DNA of 64,000 nucleotides, taken from assembly GCA_964016885.1 (NCBI GenBank), contig CAXHJY010000279.1, positions 124,001 through 188,000 on the forward strand, given 5' to 3'. This document shows positions 28,300-42,349 of this stretch, in pieces. The DNA is from Eledone cirrhosa. Lineage: Eukaryota. Every line of letters starts with the position of its first letter. The first letter of the stretch is position 1. Under the pieces are notes generated by a model. The model did no database searches. It was given only the letters and a program-made list of their open reading frames with translations, and was not told the origin of the DNA. The translations under genes and the position numbers were made by a program.

Positions 28300-31200
28300 A
28301 TGAAGGAGTGGTTGTGTGAATGAAGGAGCGGTTGTGTGAACGAAGGAGCGGTTGTGTGAACGAAGGAGTGGTTGTGTGAACGAAGGAGTGGTTGTGTGAA
28401 TGAAGGAGTGGTTGTGTGAATGAAGGAGTGGTTGTGTGAATGAAGGAGTGGTTGTGTGAATGAAGGAGCGGTTGTGTGAATGAAGGAGCGGTTGTGTGAA
28501 CGAAGGAGTGGTTGTGTGAACGAAGGAGTGGTTGTGTGAATGAAGGAGTGGTTGTGTGAATGAAGGAATGGTTGTGTGAATGAAAGAGTCATGTGTGAAT
28601 GAAGGAGTGGTTGTGTGAATGAAGGAATGGTTGTGTGAACGAAGGAGTGGTTGTGTGAATGAAGGAGTGGTTGTGTGAATGAAGGAGTGGTTGTGTGAAT
28701 GAAGGAGTGGTTATGTGAATGAAGGAGTGGTTGTGTGAATGAAGCAGTGGTTGTGTGAACGAAGGAGTGGTTGTGTGAATGAAGGAGTGGTTGTGTGAAT
28801 GAAGGAGTGGTTGTGTGAATGAAGGAGTGGTTGTGTGAATGAAGGAATGGTTGTGTGAATGAAGGAGTTGTGTGAATGAAGGAGTGGTTGTGTGAATGAA
28901 GGAGTGGTTGTGTGAATGAAGGGGTGGTTGTGTGAATGAAGAAGTGTTTGTGTGAATGAAGGAGTGGTTGTGCGAATGAAGGAATGGTTGTGTGAATGAA
29001 GGAGTGGTTGTGTGAATGAAGGAGTGGTTGTGTGAATGAAGGAGTGGTTCTGTGAATGAAGGAGTGGTTGCGTGAACGAAGGAATGGTTGTGTGAATGAA
29101 GAAGTGGTTGTGTAAATGAAGGAATGGTTGTGTGAATGAAAGAGTGGTTGTGTGAATGAAAGAGTCGTGTGTGAATGAAGGAGTGGTTGTGTGAATGAAG
29201 GAATGGTTGTGTGAATGAAGGAATGGTTGTGTGAACGAAAGAATGGTTGTGTGAATGAAGGAATGGATGTGTGAATGAAGGAGTGGTTGTGTGAATGAAG
29301 GAATGGTTGTGAATGAAGCAGTGTTTGTGTGAAGGAAGGAGTGGTTGTGTGAATGAAGGAGTGGTTGTGTGAATGGTGGAATGGTTGTGTGAATGAAGGA
29401 GTGGTTGTGTGAATGAAGGAGTGGTTGTGTGAATGAAGGAATGGTTGTGTGAATGAAGGAATGGTTGTGTGAATGAAGGAATGGTTGTGTGAATGAAAGA
29501 GTGGTCGTGTGAATGAAGGAGTGGTTGTGTGAATAAAGGAGTGGTTGTGTGAATGAAGGAATGGTTGTGTGAATAAAGGAATGGTTGTGTGAATAAAGGA
29601 ATGGTTGTGTGAATGAAGGAATGGTTGTGTGAATGAAAGAGTGGTTGTGTGAATGAAGGAGTGGTTGTGTGAATAAAGGAGTGGTTGTGTGAATGAAGGA
29701 ATGGTTGTGTGAATGAAGGAATGGTTGTGTGAATGAAAGAGTGGTTGTGTGAATGAAGGAATGGTTGTGTGAATGAAGGAATGGTTGTGTGAATGAAGGA
29801 ATGGTTGTGTGAATGAAGTAATGGTTGTGTGAATGAAGGAGTGGTTGCGTGAACGAAGGAGTGGTTGTGTGAATGAAGGAGTGGTTGTGTGAATGAAGGA
29901 ATGGTTGTGTGAATGAAAGAGTCGTGTGAATGAAGGAGTGGTTGTGTGAATGAAGGAATGGTTGTGTGAACGAAGGAGTGGTTGTGTGAACGAAGGAGTG
30001 GTTGTGTGAATGAAGGAGTGGTTGTGTGAATGAAGGAGTGGTTGTCTGAATGAAGGAGTGGTTATGTGAATGAAGGAGTGGTTGTGTGAATGAAGGAGTG
30101 GTTGTGTGAATGAAGGAGTGGTTGTGTGAACGAACGAATGGTTGTGTGAATGAAGGAATGGTTGTGTGAATGAAGGAGTGGTTGTGTGAATGAAGGAGTC
30201 GTTGTGTGAATGAAGGAGTTGTTGTGTGAATGAAGGAGTTGTTGTTTGAAGGAAGGAGTGGTTGTGTGAAGGAAGGAGTGTTTGTGTGAATGAAGGAGTG
30301 GTTGTGTGAATGAAGGAATGGTTGTGTGAATGAAGGAGTGGTTGTGTGAATGAAGGAGTGGTTGTGTGAATGAAGGAGTGGTTGCGTGAACGAAGGAATG
30401 GTTGTGTGAATGAAGGAGTTGTTGTGTGAATGAAGGAATGATTGTGTGAATGAAAGTGTGGTTGTGTGAATGAAAGAGTCGTGTGTGAATGATGGAGTGG
30501 TTGTGTTAATGAAGGAGTGGTTGTGTGAACGAAAGAATGGTTGTGTGAATGAAGGAATGGTTGTGTGAATGAAGGAGTGGTTGTGTGAATGAAGGAATGG
30601 TTGTGTGAACGAAGGAATGGTTGTATGAATGAAGGAGTGGTTGTGTGAATGAAGGAATGGTTGTGTGAAGGGTGTGGTTGTGTAAATGAAAGAGTGGTTG
30701 TGTGAATGAAGGAGTGGTTGTGAGAACGAAGAAGTGGTTGTGTGAACGAAGGTATGGTTGTGAGAACGAAGGAATGGTTGTGAGAACGAAGGAGTGGTTG
30801 TGTGAATGAAGGAGAGGTTGTGTGAATGAAGGAGTGGTTGTATGAATGAAGGAGTGGTTGTGTGAATGAAGGAATGATTGTGTGAAGGGTGTGGTTGTGT
30901 AAATGAAAGAGTGGTTGTGTGAATGAAGGAGTGGTTGTGTGAATGAAAGAGTGTTTGTGTGAATGAAGGAGTGGTTGTGTGAATGAAAGAGTGGTTGTGT
31001 GAATGAAGGAATAGTTGTGTGAATGAAGGAATGGTTGTGTGAATGAAAGAGTGGTTGTGTGAATGAAGGAATGGTTGTGTGAATGAAAGAGTGGTTGTGT
31101 GAATGAAGGAGTGGTTGTGTGAATGAAGGAGTGGTTGTGTGAATGAAGGAGTGGTTGTGTGAATGAAGGAATGGTTGTGTGAATGAAGGAATGGTTGTGT

Positions 31201-33250
31201 GAATGAAGGAGTGGTTGTGTGAATGAAGGAGTGGTTGTGTGAATGAAGGAGCGGTTGTGTGAACGAAGGAGCGGTTGTGTGAACGAAGGAGTGGTTGTGT
31301 GAACGAAGGAGTGGTTGTGTGAATGAAGGAGTGGTTGTGTGAATGAAGGAGTGGTTGTGTGAATGAAGGAGTGGTTGTGTGAATGAAGGAGCGGTTGTGT
31401 GAATGAAGGAGCGGTTGTGTGAACGAAGGAGTGGTTGTGTGAACGAAGGAGTGGTTGTGTGAATGAAGGAGTGGTTGTGTGAATGAAGGAATGGTTGTGT
31501 GAATGAAAGAGTCATGTGTGAATGAAGGAGTGGTTGTGTGAATGAAGGAATGGTTGTGTGAACGAAGGAGTGGTTGTGTGAATGAAGGAGTGGTTGTGTG
31601 AATGAAGGAGTGGTTGTGTGAATGAAGGAGTGGTTATGTGAATGAAGGAGTGGTTGTGTGAATGAAGGAGTGGTTGTGTGAACGAAGGAGTGGTTGTGTG
31701 AATGAAGGAGTGGTTGTGTGAAGGAAGGACTGGTTGTGTGAATGAAGGAGTGGTTGTGTGAATGAAGGAATGGTTGTGTGAATGAAGGAGTTGTGTGAAT
31801 GAAGGAGTGGTTGTGTGAATGAAGGAGTGGTTGTGTGAATGAAGGGGTGGTTGTGTGAATGAAGAAGTGTTTGTGTGAATGAAGGAGTGGTTGTGCGAAT
31901 GAAGGAATGGTTGTGTGAATGAAGGAGTGGTTGTGTGAATGAAGGAGTGGTTGTGTGAATGAAGGAGTGGTTCTGTGAATGAAGGAGTGGTTGCGTGAAC
32001 GAAGGAATGGTTGTGTGAATGAAGAAGTGGTTGTGTAAATGAAGGAATGGTTGTGTGAATGAAAGAGTGGTTGTGTGAATGAAAGAGTCGTGTGTGAATG
32101 AAGGAGTGGTTGTGTGAATGAAGGAATGGTTGTGTGAATGAAGGAATGGTTGTGTGAACGAAAGAATGGTTGTGTGAATGAAGGAATGGATGTGTGAATG
32201 AAGGAGTGGTTGTGTGAATGAAGGAATGGTTGTGAATGAAGCAGTGTTTGTGTGAAGGAAGGAGTGGTTGTGTGAATGAAGGAGTGGTTGTGTGAATGGT
32301 GGAATGGTTGTGTGAATGAAGGAGTGGTTGTGTGAATGAAGGAGTGGTTGTGTGAATGAAGGAATGGTTGTGTGAATGAAGGAATGGTTGTGTGAATGAA
32401 GGAATGGTTGTGTGAATGAAAGAGTGGTCGTGTGAATGAAGGAGTGGTTGTGTGAATAAAGGAGTGGTTGTGTGAATGAACGAATGGTTGTGTGAATAAA
32501 GGAATGGTTGTGTGAATAAAGGAATGGTTGTGTGAATGAAGGAATGGTTGTGTGAATGAAAGAGTGGTTGTGTGAATGAAGGAGTGGTTGTGTGAATAAA
32601 GGAGTGGTTGTGTGAATGAAGGAATGGTTGTGTGAATGAAGGAATGGTTGTGTGAATGAAAGAGTGGTTGTGTGAATGAAGGAATGGTTGTGTGAATGAA
32701 GGAATGGTTGTGTGAATGAAGGAATGGTTGTGTGAATGAAGGAATGGTTGTGTGAATGAAGGAGTGGTTGCGTGAACGAAGGAGTGGTTGTGTGAATGAA
32801 GGAGTGGTTGTGTGAATGAAGGAATGGTTGTGTGAATGAAAGAGTCGTGTGAATGAAGGAGTGGTTGTGTGAATGAAGGAATGGTTGTGTGAACGAAGGA
32901 GTGGTTGTGTGAACGAAGGAGTGGTTGTGTGAATGAAGGAGTGGTTGTGTGAATGAAGGAGTGGTTGTCTGAATGAAGGAGTGGTTATGTGAATGAAGGA
33001 GTGGTTGTGTGAATGAAGGAGTGGTTGTGTGAATGAAGGAGTGGTTGTGTGAACGAACGAATGGTTGTGTGAATGAAGGAATGGTTGTGTGAATGAAGGA
33101 GTGGTTGTGTGAATGAAGGAGTCGTTGTGTGAATGAAGGAGTTGTTGTGTGAATGAAGGAGTTGTTGTTTGAAGGAAGGAGTGGTTGTGTGAAGGAAGGA
33201 GTGTTTGTGTGAATGAAGGAGTGGTTGTGTGAATGAAGGAATGGTTGTGT
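28300..33250. repeat. Higher-order duplication, offset 2923 bp
   Basis: GTCATG (28592 and 31515), GGTTATGTG (28711 and 31634) and GTGGTCGTG (29506 and 32429) are all +2923. The match is clear to about 30,330/33,250. Confidence 0.85.
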
Positions 33251-36200
33251 GAATGAAGGAGTTGTGTGAATGAAGGAGTGGTTGTGTGAATGAAGGAGTG
33301 GTTGTGTGAATGAAGGAGTGGTTGCGTGAACGAAGGAATGGTTGTGTGAATGAAGGAGTTGTTGTGTGAATGAAGGAATGGTTGTGTGAATGAAAGTGTG
33401 GTTGTGCGAATGAAAGAGTCGTGTGTGAATGATGGAGTGGTTGTGTGAATGAAGGAATGGTTGTGTGGACGAAGGAGTGGTTGTGTGAATGAAGGAATGG
33501 ATGTGTGAATGAAGGAGTGGTTGTATGAATGAAGGAGTGGCTGTGTGAATGAAGGAATGGTTGTGTGAACGAAGGAATGGTTGTATGAATGAAGGAGTGG
33601 TTGTGTGAATGAAGGAATGGTTGTGTGAAGGGTGTGGTTGTGTAAATGAAAGAGTGGTTGTGTGAATGAAGGAGTGGTTGTGAGAACGAAGAAGTGGTTG
33701 TGTGAACGAAGGAATGGTTGTGAGAACGAAGGAATGGTTGTGAGAACGAAGCAGTGGTTGTGTGAATGAAGGAGAGGTTGTGTGAATGATGGAGTGGTTG
33801 TATGAATGAAGGAGTGGTTGTGTGAATGAAGGAATGGTTGTGTGAAGGGTGTGGTTGTGTAAATGAAAGAGTGGTTGTGTGAATGAAGGAGTGGTTGTGT
33901 GAATGAAAGAGTCGTGTGTGAATGAAGGAGTGGTTGTGTGAATGAAGGAATGCTTGTGTGAATGAAAGAGTGGTTGTGTGAATGAAGGAGTGGTTGTGTG
34001 AATGAAAGAGTGGTTGTGTGAATGAAGGAGTGGTTGTGTGAATGAAGGAATGGTTGTGTGAATGAAAGATTGGTTGTGTGAATGAAGGAGTGGTTGTGTG
34101 AATGAAGGAGTGGTTGTGTGAATGAAGGAATGGTTGTGTGAATGAAGGAATGGTTGTGTGAATGAAAGAGTGGTTGTGTGAATGAAGGAATGGTTGTGTG
34201 AATGAAAGAATGGTTGTGTGAATGAAGGAGTGGTTGTGTGAATGAAGGAGCGGTTGTGTGAATGAAGGAGCGGTTGTGTGAACGAAGGAGTGGTTGTGTG
34301 AACGAAGGAGTGGTTGTGTGAATGAAGGAGTTGTTGTGTGAATGAAGGAGTGGTTGTGTGAACGAAGGAGTGGTTGTGTGAATGAAGGAGTTGTTGTGTG
34401 AAGGAAGGAGTGGTTGTGTGAATGAAGGAATGGTTGTGTGAATGAAGGAGTTGTGTGAATGAAGGAGTGGTTGTGTGAATGAAGGAGTGGTTGTGTGAAT
34501 GAAGGAGTGGTTGTGTGAACGAAGGAGTGGTTGTGTGAATGAAGAAGTGGTTGTGTGAATGAAGGAGTGGTTGTGCGAATGAAGGAATGGTTGTGTGAAT
34601 GAAGGAGTGGTTGTGTGAATGAAGGAGTGGTTGTGTGAATGAAGGAGTGGTTGCGTGAACGAAGGAATGGTTGTGTGAATGAAGGAGTGGTTGTGTGAAT
34701 GAAGGAATGGTTGTGTGAATGAAAGAGTCGTGTGTGAATGAAGGAATGGTTCTGTGAACGAAGGAATGGTTGTGTGAACGAAAGAATGGTTGTGTGAATG
34801 AAGGAGTGGTTGTGTGAACGAAGGAGTGGTTGTGTGAATGAAGGAGTTGTTGTGTGAATGAAGGAGTGGTTGTGTGAATGAAGGAGTGGTTGTGTGAATG
34901 AACGAGTGGTTGTGTGAATGAAGGAGTGGTTGTGTGAATGAAGGAATGGTTGTGTGAACGAAGGAATGGTTGTGAGAATGAAGGAGTGGTTGTATGAATG
35001 AAAGAGTGGTTGTGTGAATGAAGGAGTGGTTGTGTGAATGAAGGAGTGGCTGTGTGAATGAAAGAATGGTTGTGTGAATGAAGGAGTGGTTGTGTGAATG
35101 AAGGAATGGTTGTGTGAATGAAGCAGTGTTTGTGTGAAGGAAGGAGTGGTTGTGTGAATGAAGGAGTGGTTGTGTGAATGGTGGAATGGTTGTGTGAATG
35201 AAAGAGTGGTTGTGTGAATGAAGGAGTGGTTGTGTGAATGAAGGAGGTGTTGTGTGAATGAAAGAGTGGTTGTGTGAATGAAGGAGTGGTTGTGAGAATG
35301 AAGGAGAGGTTGTGAGAACGAAGGGGTGGTTGTGAGAACGGAGTGGTTGTGTGAACGAAGGAGTGGTTGTGTGAATGAAGGAGTGATTGTGTGAATGAAG
35401 AAGTGGTTGTGTGAATGAAGGAGTGGTTGTGTGAATGAAGGAGTGGTTGTGTGAAGGAAGGAGTGGTTGTGTGAACGAAGGAATGGTTGTGTGAATGAAA
35501 GAGTGGTTGTGTGAATGAAAGAGTGGTTGTGTGAATGAAGGAGTGGTTGTGTGAATGAAGGAGTGGTTGTGTGAATGAAGGAGTGGTTGTGTGAATGAAA
35601 GAGTGGTTGTGTGAATAAAAGAGTGGTTGTGTGAATGAAAGAGTGGTTGTGTGAATGAAGGAGTGGTTGTGTGAATGAAGGAGTGGTTGTGTGAATGAAG
35701 GAATGGTTGTGTGAATGAAGGAGTGGTTGTGTGAATGAAAGTATGGTTGTGTGAATGAAGGAGTAGTTGTGTGAATGAAGGAATGGTTGTGTGAATGAAA
35801 GAGTGGTTGTGTGAATGAAAGAGTGGTTGTGTGAATGAAGGAATAGTTGTGTGAATGAAGGAATGGTAGTGTGAATGAAGGAGTGGTTGTGTGAATGAAG
35901 GAGTGGTCGTGTGAATGAAGGAATGGTTGTGTGAATGAAGGAGTGGTTGTGTGAATGAAGGAGTGGTTGTGTGAATGAGGGAGTGGTTGTGAGAACGATG
36001 AAGTGGTTGTGTGAACGAAGGAATGGTTGTGAGAACGAAGGAATGGTTGTGAGAACGAAGGAGTGGTTGTGTGAATGAAGGAGTGGTTGTGTGAATGAAG
36101 GAGTGGTTGCATGAATGAAGGAGTGGTTGTGTGAATGAAGGAATGGTTGTGTGAATGAAGGGGTGTTTGTGTGAATGAAAGAATGGTTGTGTGAATGAAA

Positions 36201-39200
36201 GAGTGGTTGTCTGAATGAAGGAATGGTTGTGAGAACGAAGGGGTGGTTGTGAGAACGAAGGAGTGGTTGCGTGAATGAAGGAATGGTTGTGTGAACGAAG
36301 GAGTGGTTGTGTGAATGAAGGAATGCTTGTGTGAATGAAAGAGTGGTTGTGTGAATGAAAGAGTGGTTGTATGAATGAAGGAGTGGTTGTGTGAATGAAG
36401 GAGTCGTTGTGTGAACGAAGGAGTGGTTGTGTGAATGAAGGAATGGTTGTGTGAATGAAGGAGTGGTTGTGTGAACGAAGGAGTGGTTGTGTGAACGAAG
36501 GAGTGGTTGTGTGAATGAAGGAGTGGTTGTGTGAATGAAGGAGTGGTTGTGTGAATGAAGGAGTGGTTGTGTGAATGAAGGAGTGGTTGTGTGAATGAAA
36601 GAGTGTTTGTGTGAATGAAGGAGTGGTTGTGTGAATGACGGAGTGGTTGTGTGAATGAAGGAATGGTTGTGTGAATGAAAGAGTGTTTGTGTGAATGAAA
36701 GAGTCTTGTGTAAATGGAGGAGTGGTTGTGTGAACGAAGGAGTGGTTGTGTGAACGAAAGAATGGTTGTGTGAATGAAGGAATGGTTGTGTGAATGAAGG
36801 AGTGGTTGTGTGAATGAAGGAATGGTTGTGTGAATGAAAGAGTGGTTGTGTGAATGAAAGAGTGGTTGTGTGAATGAAGGAATAGTTGTGTGAATGAAGG
36901 AATGGTTGTGTGAATGAAAGAGTGGTTGTGTGAATGAAGGAGTGGTTGTGTGAATGAAGGAGTGGTTGTGTGAATGAAGGAATGGTTGTGTGATTGAAGG
37001 AATGCTAGTGTGAATGAAGGAGTGGTTGTGTGAATGAAGGAGTGGTTGTGTGAATGAAGGAGAGGTTGTGTGAATGAAGGAGTGGTTGTGTGAATGAAGG
37101 AGTGGTTGTGAGAACGAAGAAGTGGTTGTGTGAACGAAGGAATGGTTGTCAGAACGAAGGAATGGTTGTGAGAACGAAGGAGTGGTTGTGTGAATGAAGG
37201 AGTGGTTGTGTGAATGAAGGAGTGGTTGTATGAATGAAGGAGTGGTTGTGTGAATGAAGGAATGGTTGTGTGAATGGTGTGGTTGTGTAAATGAAAGAGT
37301 GGTTGTGTGAATGAAGGGGTGGTTGTGTGAATGAAAGAATGGTTGTGTGAATGAAAGAGTGGTTGTCTGAATGAAGGAATGGATGTGAGAACGAAGGGGT
37401 GGTTGTGAGAACGAAGGAGTGGTTGTGTGAATGAAGGAATGGTTGTGTGAACGAAGGAGTGGTTGTGTGAATGAAGGAATGCTTGTGTGAATGAAAGAGT
37501 GGTTGTGTGAATGAAAGAGTGGTTGTATGAATGAAGGAGTGGTTGTGTGAATGAAGGAGTGGTTGTGTGAATGAAGGAGTCGTTGTGTGAAGGAGTGGTT
37601 GTGTGAATGAAGGAATGGTTGTGTGAATGAAGGAGTGATTGTGTGAACGAAGGAGTGGTTGTGTGAATGAAGGAGTGGTTGTGTGAATGAAGGAGTGGTT
37701 GTGTGAATGAAGGAGTGGTTGTGTGAATGAAGAAATGGTTGTGTGAACGAAGGAGTGGTTGTGTGAAAGAAGGAGTGGTTGTGTGAATAAAGGAATGGTT
37801 GTGTGAATGAAGGAGTGGTTGAGAACGAAGGAGTGGTTGTGTGAATGAAGGAATGGTTGTGTGAATGAAAGAGTGGTTGTGTGAATGAAGGAATGGTTGT
37901 GTGAATGAAGGAGTGGTTGTGTGAATGAAGGAATGGTTGTGTGAACGAAGGAATGGTTGTGTGAACGAAGGAGTGGTTGTGTGAACGAAGGAGTGGTTGT
38001 GTGAATGAAGGAGTGGTTGTGTGAATGAAGGAGTGGTTGTGTGAATGAAGGAGTGGTTGTGTGAATGAAGGAGTGGTTGTGTGAATGAAGGCGTGGTTGT
38101 GTGAATGAAGGAATGGTTGTGTGAATGAAGGAGTGGTTGTGTGAATGAATGAATGGTTGTGTGAATGAAGAAATGGTTGTGTGAAAGAAAGAATGGTTAT
38201 GTGAATGAAGGAGTGGTTGTGTGAATGAAGGAGTGGTTGTGTGAATGAAGGAGTGGTTATGTGAATGAAGGAGTGGTTGTGTGAATGAAGGAGTGGTTGT
38301 GTGAATGAAGGAGTGGTGTGAATGAAGGAATGGTTGTGTGAATGAAAGAGTGGTTGTGTGAATGAAGGATTGGTTATGTGAATGAAGGAGTGGTTGTGTG
38401 AATGAAGGAGTGGTTGTGTGAATGAAGGAGTGGTTGTGTGAATGAAGGAGTGGTTGTGTGAATGAAAGAGTGGTTGTGTGAATGAAGGATTGGTTATGTG
38501 AATGAAGGAGTGGTGTGAATGAAGGAATGGTTGTGTGAATGAAGGAGTGGTTTTGTGAATGAAGGAGTGGTTGTGTGAATGAAGCAATGGTTGTGTCAAT
38601 GAAGGAGTGGTTGTGTGAATGAAGGAATGGTTGTGTGAACGAAGGAATGGTTGTGTGAACGAAGGAGTGGTTGTGTGAATGAAGGAGTGGTTGTGTGAAT
38701 GAAGGCGTGGTTGTGTGAATGAAGGAATGGTTGTGTGAATGAAGGAATGGTTGTGTGAATGAAGGAGTGGTTGTGTGAATGAATGAATGGTTGTGTGAAT
38801 GAAGAAATGGTTGTGTGAAAGAAAGAATGGTTATGTGAATGAAGGAGTGGTTGTGTGAATGAAGGAGTGGTTGTGTGAATGAAGGAGTGGTTATGTGAAT
38901 GAAGGAGTGGGTGTGTGAGTGAAGGAGTGGTTGTGTGAATGAAGGAATGGCTGTGTGAATGAAGGAGTGGTTGTGTGAATGAAGGAGTGGTTGTGTGAAT
39001 GAAGGAGTGGTTGTGTGAATGAAGGAGTGGTTGTGTGAATGAAGGAGTGGTTGTGTGAATGAAGAAGTGGTTGTGTGAACGAAGGAATGGTTGTGAGAAC
39101 GAAGGAATGGTTGTGAGAACGAAGGAGAGGTTGTGTGAATGAAGGAGTGGTTGTGTGAATGAAGGAGTGGTTGTATGAATGAAGGAGTGGTTGTGTGAAT

Positions 39201-42200
39201 GAAGGAATGATTGTGTGAATGGTGTGGTTGTGTAAATGAAAGAGTGGTTGTGTGAATGAAGGGGTGGTTGTGTGAATGAAAGAATGGTTGTGTGAATGAA
39301 AGAGTGGTTGTCTGAATGAAGGAATGGTTGTGAGAACGAAGGGGTGGTTGTGAGAACGAAGGAGTGGTTGTGTGAATGAAGGAATGTTTGTGTGAACGAA
39401 GGAGTGGTTGTGTGAATGAAAGAGTGGTTGTGTGAATGAAAGAGTGGTTGTATGAATGAAGAGTGGTTGTGTGAATGAAGGAGTGGTTGTGTGAATGAAG
39501 GAGTCGTTGTGTGAACGAAGGAGTGGTTGTGTGAATGAAGGAATGGTTGTGTGAATGAAGGAGTGGTTGTGTGAACGAAGGAGTGGTTGTGTGAATGAAG
39601 GAGTGGTTGTGTGAATGAAGGAGTGGTTGTGTGAATGAAGAAATGGTTGTGTGAACGAAGGAGTGGTTATGTGAAAGAAGGAGTGGTTGTGTGAAAGAAG
39701 GAGTGGTTGTGTGAATGAAGGAGTGGTTGTGTGAATGAAGGAATGGTTGTGTGAATGACGGAGTGGTTGTGTGAATGAAGGAGTGGTTGTGTGAATAAAG
39801 GAATGGTTGTGTGAATGAAGGAGTGGTTGAGAACGAAGGAGTGGTTGTGTGAATTAAGGAATGGTTGTGTGAATGAAAGAGTGGTTGTGTGAATGAAGGA
39901 GTGGTTGTGTGAATGAAGGAATGGTTGTGTGAACGAAGGAATGGTTGTGTGAACGAAGGAGTGGTTGTGTGAATGAAGGAGTGGTTGTGTGAATGAAGGA
40001 GTGGTTGTGTGAATGAAGGCGTGGTTGTGTGAATGAAGGAATGGTTGTGTGAATGAAGGAATGGTTGTGTGAATGAAGGAGTGGTTGTGTGAATGAATGA
40101 ATGGTTGTGTGAATGAAGAAATGGTTGTGTGAAAGAAAGAATGGTTATGTGAATGAAGGAGTGGTTGTGTGAATGAAGGAGTGGTTGTGTGAATGAAGGA
40201 GTGGTTATGTGAATGAAGGAGTGGTTGTGTGAGTGAAGGAGTGGTTGTGTGAATGAAGGAATGGTTGTGTGAATGAAGGAGTGGTTGTGTGAATGAAGGA
40301 GTGGTTGTGTGAATGAAGGAGTGGTTGTGTGAATGAAGGAGTGGTTGTGTGAATGAAGGAGTGGTTGTGTGAATGAAGGAGTGGTTGTGTGAATGAAGGA
40401 GTGGTTGTGTGAATGAAGGAATGGTTGTGTGAATGAAAGAGTGGTTGTGTGAATGAAGGAGTGGTTGTGTGAATGAAGGAGTGGTGTGAATGAAGGAATA
40501 GTTGTGTGAATGAAAGAGTGGTTGTGTGAATGAAGGATTGGTTATGTGAATGAAGGAGTGGTTGTGTGAATGAAGGAATGGTTGTGTGAATGAAGGAGTG
40601 GTTGTGTGAATGAAAGAGTGGTTGTGTGAATGAAGGATTGGTTATGTGAATGAAGGGGTGGTGTGAATGAAGGAATGGTTGTGTGAATGAAGGAGTGGTT
40701 TTGTGAATGAAGGAGTGGTTGTGTGAATGAAGCAATGGTTGTGTCAATGAAGGAATGGTTGTGTGAATGAAGGAATGGTTGTGTGAACGAAGGAATAGTT
40801 GTGTGAACGAAGGAGTGGTTGTGTGAATGAAGGAGTGGTTGTGTGAATGAAGGAGTGGTTGTGTGAATGAAGGCGTGGTTGTGTGAATGAAGGAATGGTT
40901 GTGTGAAGGAAGGAGTGGTTGTGTGAATGAAGGAGTGGTTGTGTGAATGGTGGAATGGTTGTGTGAATGAAGGAGTGGTTGTGTGAATGAAGGAGTGGTT
41001 GTGTGAATGAAGGAATGGTTGTGTGAATGAAGGAATGGTTGTGTGAATGAAAGAGTGGTTGTGTGAATGAAAGAGTAATTGTGTGAATGAAGGAGTGGTT
41101 GTGTGAATGAAGGAATGATAGTGTGAAGGAAGGAATGGTTGTGAGAACGAAGGAATGGTTGTGAGAACGAAGGAATGGTTGTGTGAACGAAGGAATGGTT
41201 GTGTGAATGAAGGAATGGTTGTGTGAATGAAGGAATGGTTGTGTGAATGAAGGAATGGTTGTGTGAATGAAAGAGTGGTTGTGTGAATGAAGGAGTGGTT
41301 GTGTGAATGAAGGAGTGGTTGTGTGAATGAAGGAGGTGTTGTGTGAATGAAGGAGTGGTTGTGAGAATGAAGGAGTGGTTGTGAGAACGAAGGAGTGTTT
41401 GTGAGAACGGAGTGGTTGTGTGAACGAAGGAGTGGTTGTGTGAATGAAGGGGTGATTGTGTGAATGAAGAAGTGGTTGTGTGAATGAAGGAGTGGTTGTG
41501 TGAATGAAGGAGTGGTTGTGTGAATGAAGGAATTGTTGTGTGAATGAAGGAGTGGTTGTGTGAATGAAGGAGTGGTTGTGTGAATGAAGGAGTGGTTGTG
41601 TGAATGAAGGAGTGGTTGTGTGAATGAAGGAGTGGTTGTGTGAATGGTGGAATGGTTGTGTGAATGAAGGAGTGGTTGTGTGAATGAAGGAGAGGTTGTG
41701 TGAATGAAGGAATGGTTGTGTGAATGAAGGAATGGTTGTGTGAATGAAAGAGTGGTTGTGTGAATGAAAGAGTAATTGTGTGAATGAAGGAGTGGTTGTG
41801 TGAATGAAGGAATGATAGTGTGAATGAAGGAATGGTTGTGAGAACGAAGGAATGGTTGTGAGAACGAAGGAATGGTTGTGTGAATGAAGGAATGGTTGTG
41901 TGAATGAAGGAATGGTTGTGTGAATGAAGGAGTGGTTGTGTGAATGAAGGAGTGGTTGTGTGAATGAAGGAGTGGTTGTGTGAATGAAGGAGGTGTTGTG
42001 TGAATGAAGGAGTGGTTGTGAGAATGAAGGAGTGGTTGTGAGAACGGAGTGGTTGTGAGAACGGAGTGGTTGTGTGAACGAAGGAGTGGTTGTGTGAATG
42101 AAGGAGTGATTGTGTGAATGAAGAAGTGGTTGTGTGAATGAAGGAGTGGTTGTGTTAATGAAGGAGTGGTTGTGTGAATGAAGGAATTGTTGTGTGAATG

Positions 42201-42349
42201 AAGGAGTGGTTGTGTGAATGAAGGAGTGGTTGTGTGAACGAAGGAATGGTTGTGTGAATGAAAGAGTGGTTGTGTGAATGAAAGAGTGGTTGTGTGAATG
42301 AAAGAGTGGTTGTGTGAATGAAGGAGTGGTTGTGTGAATGAAGGAGTGG

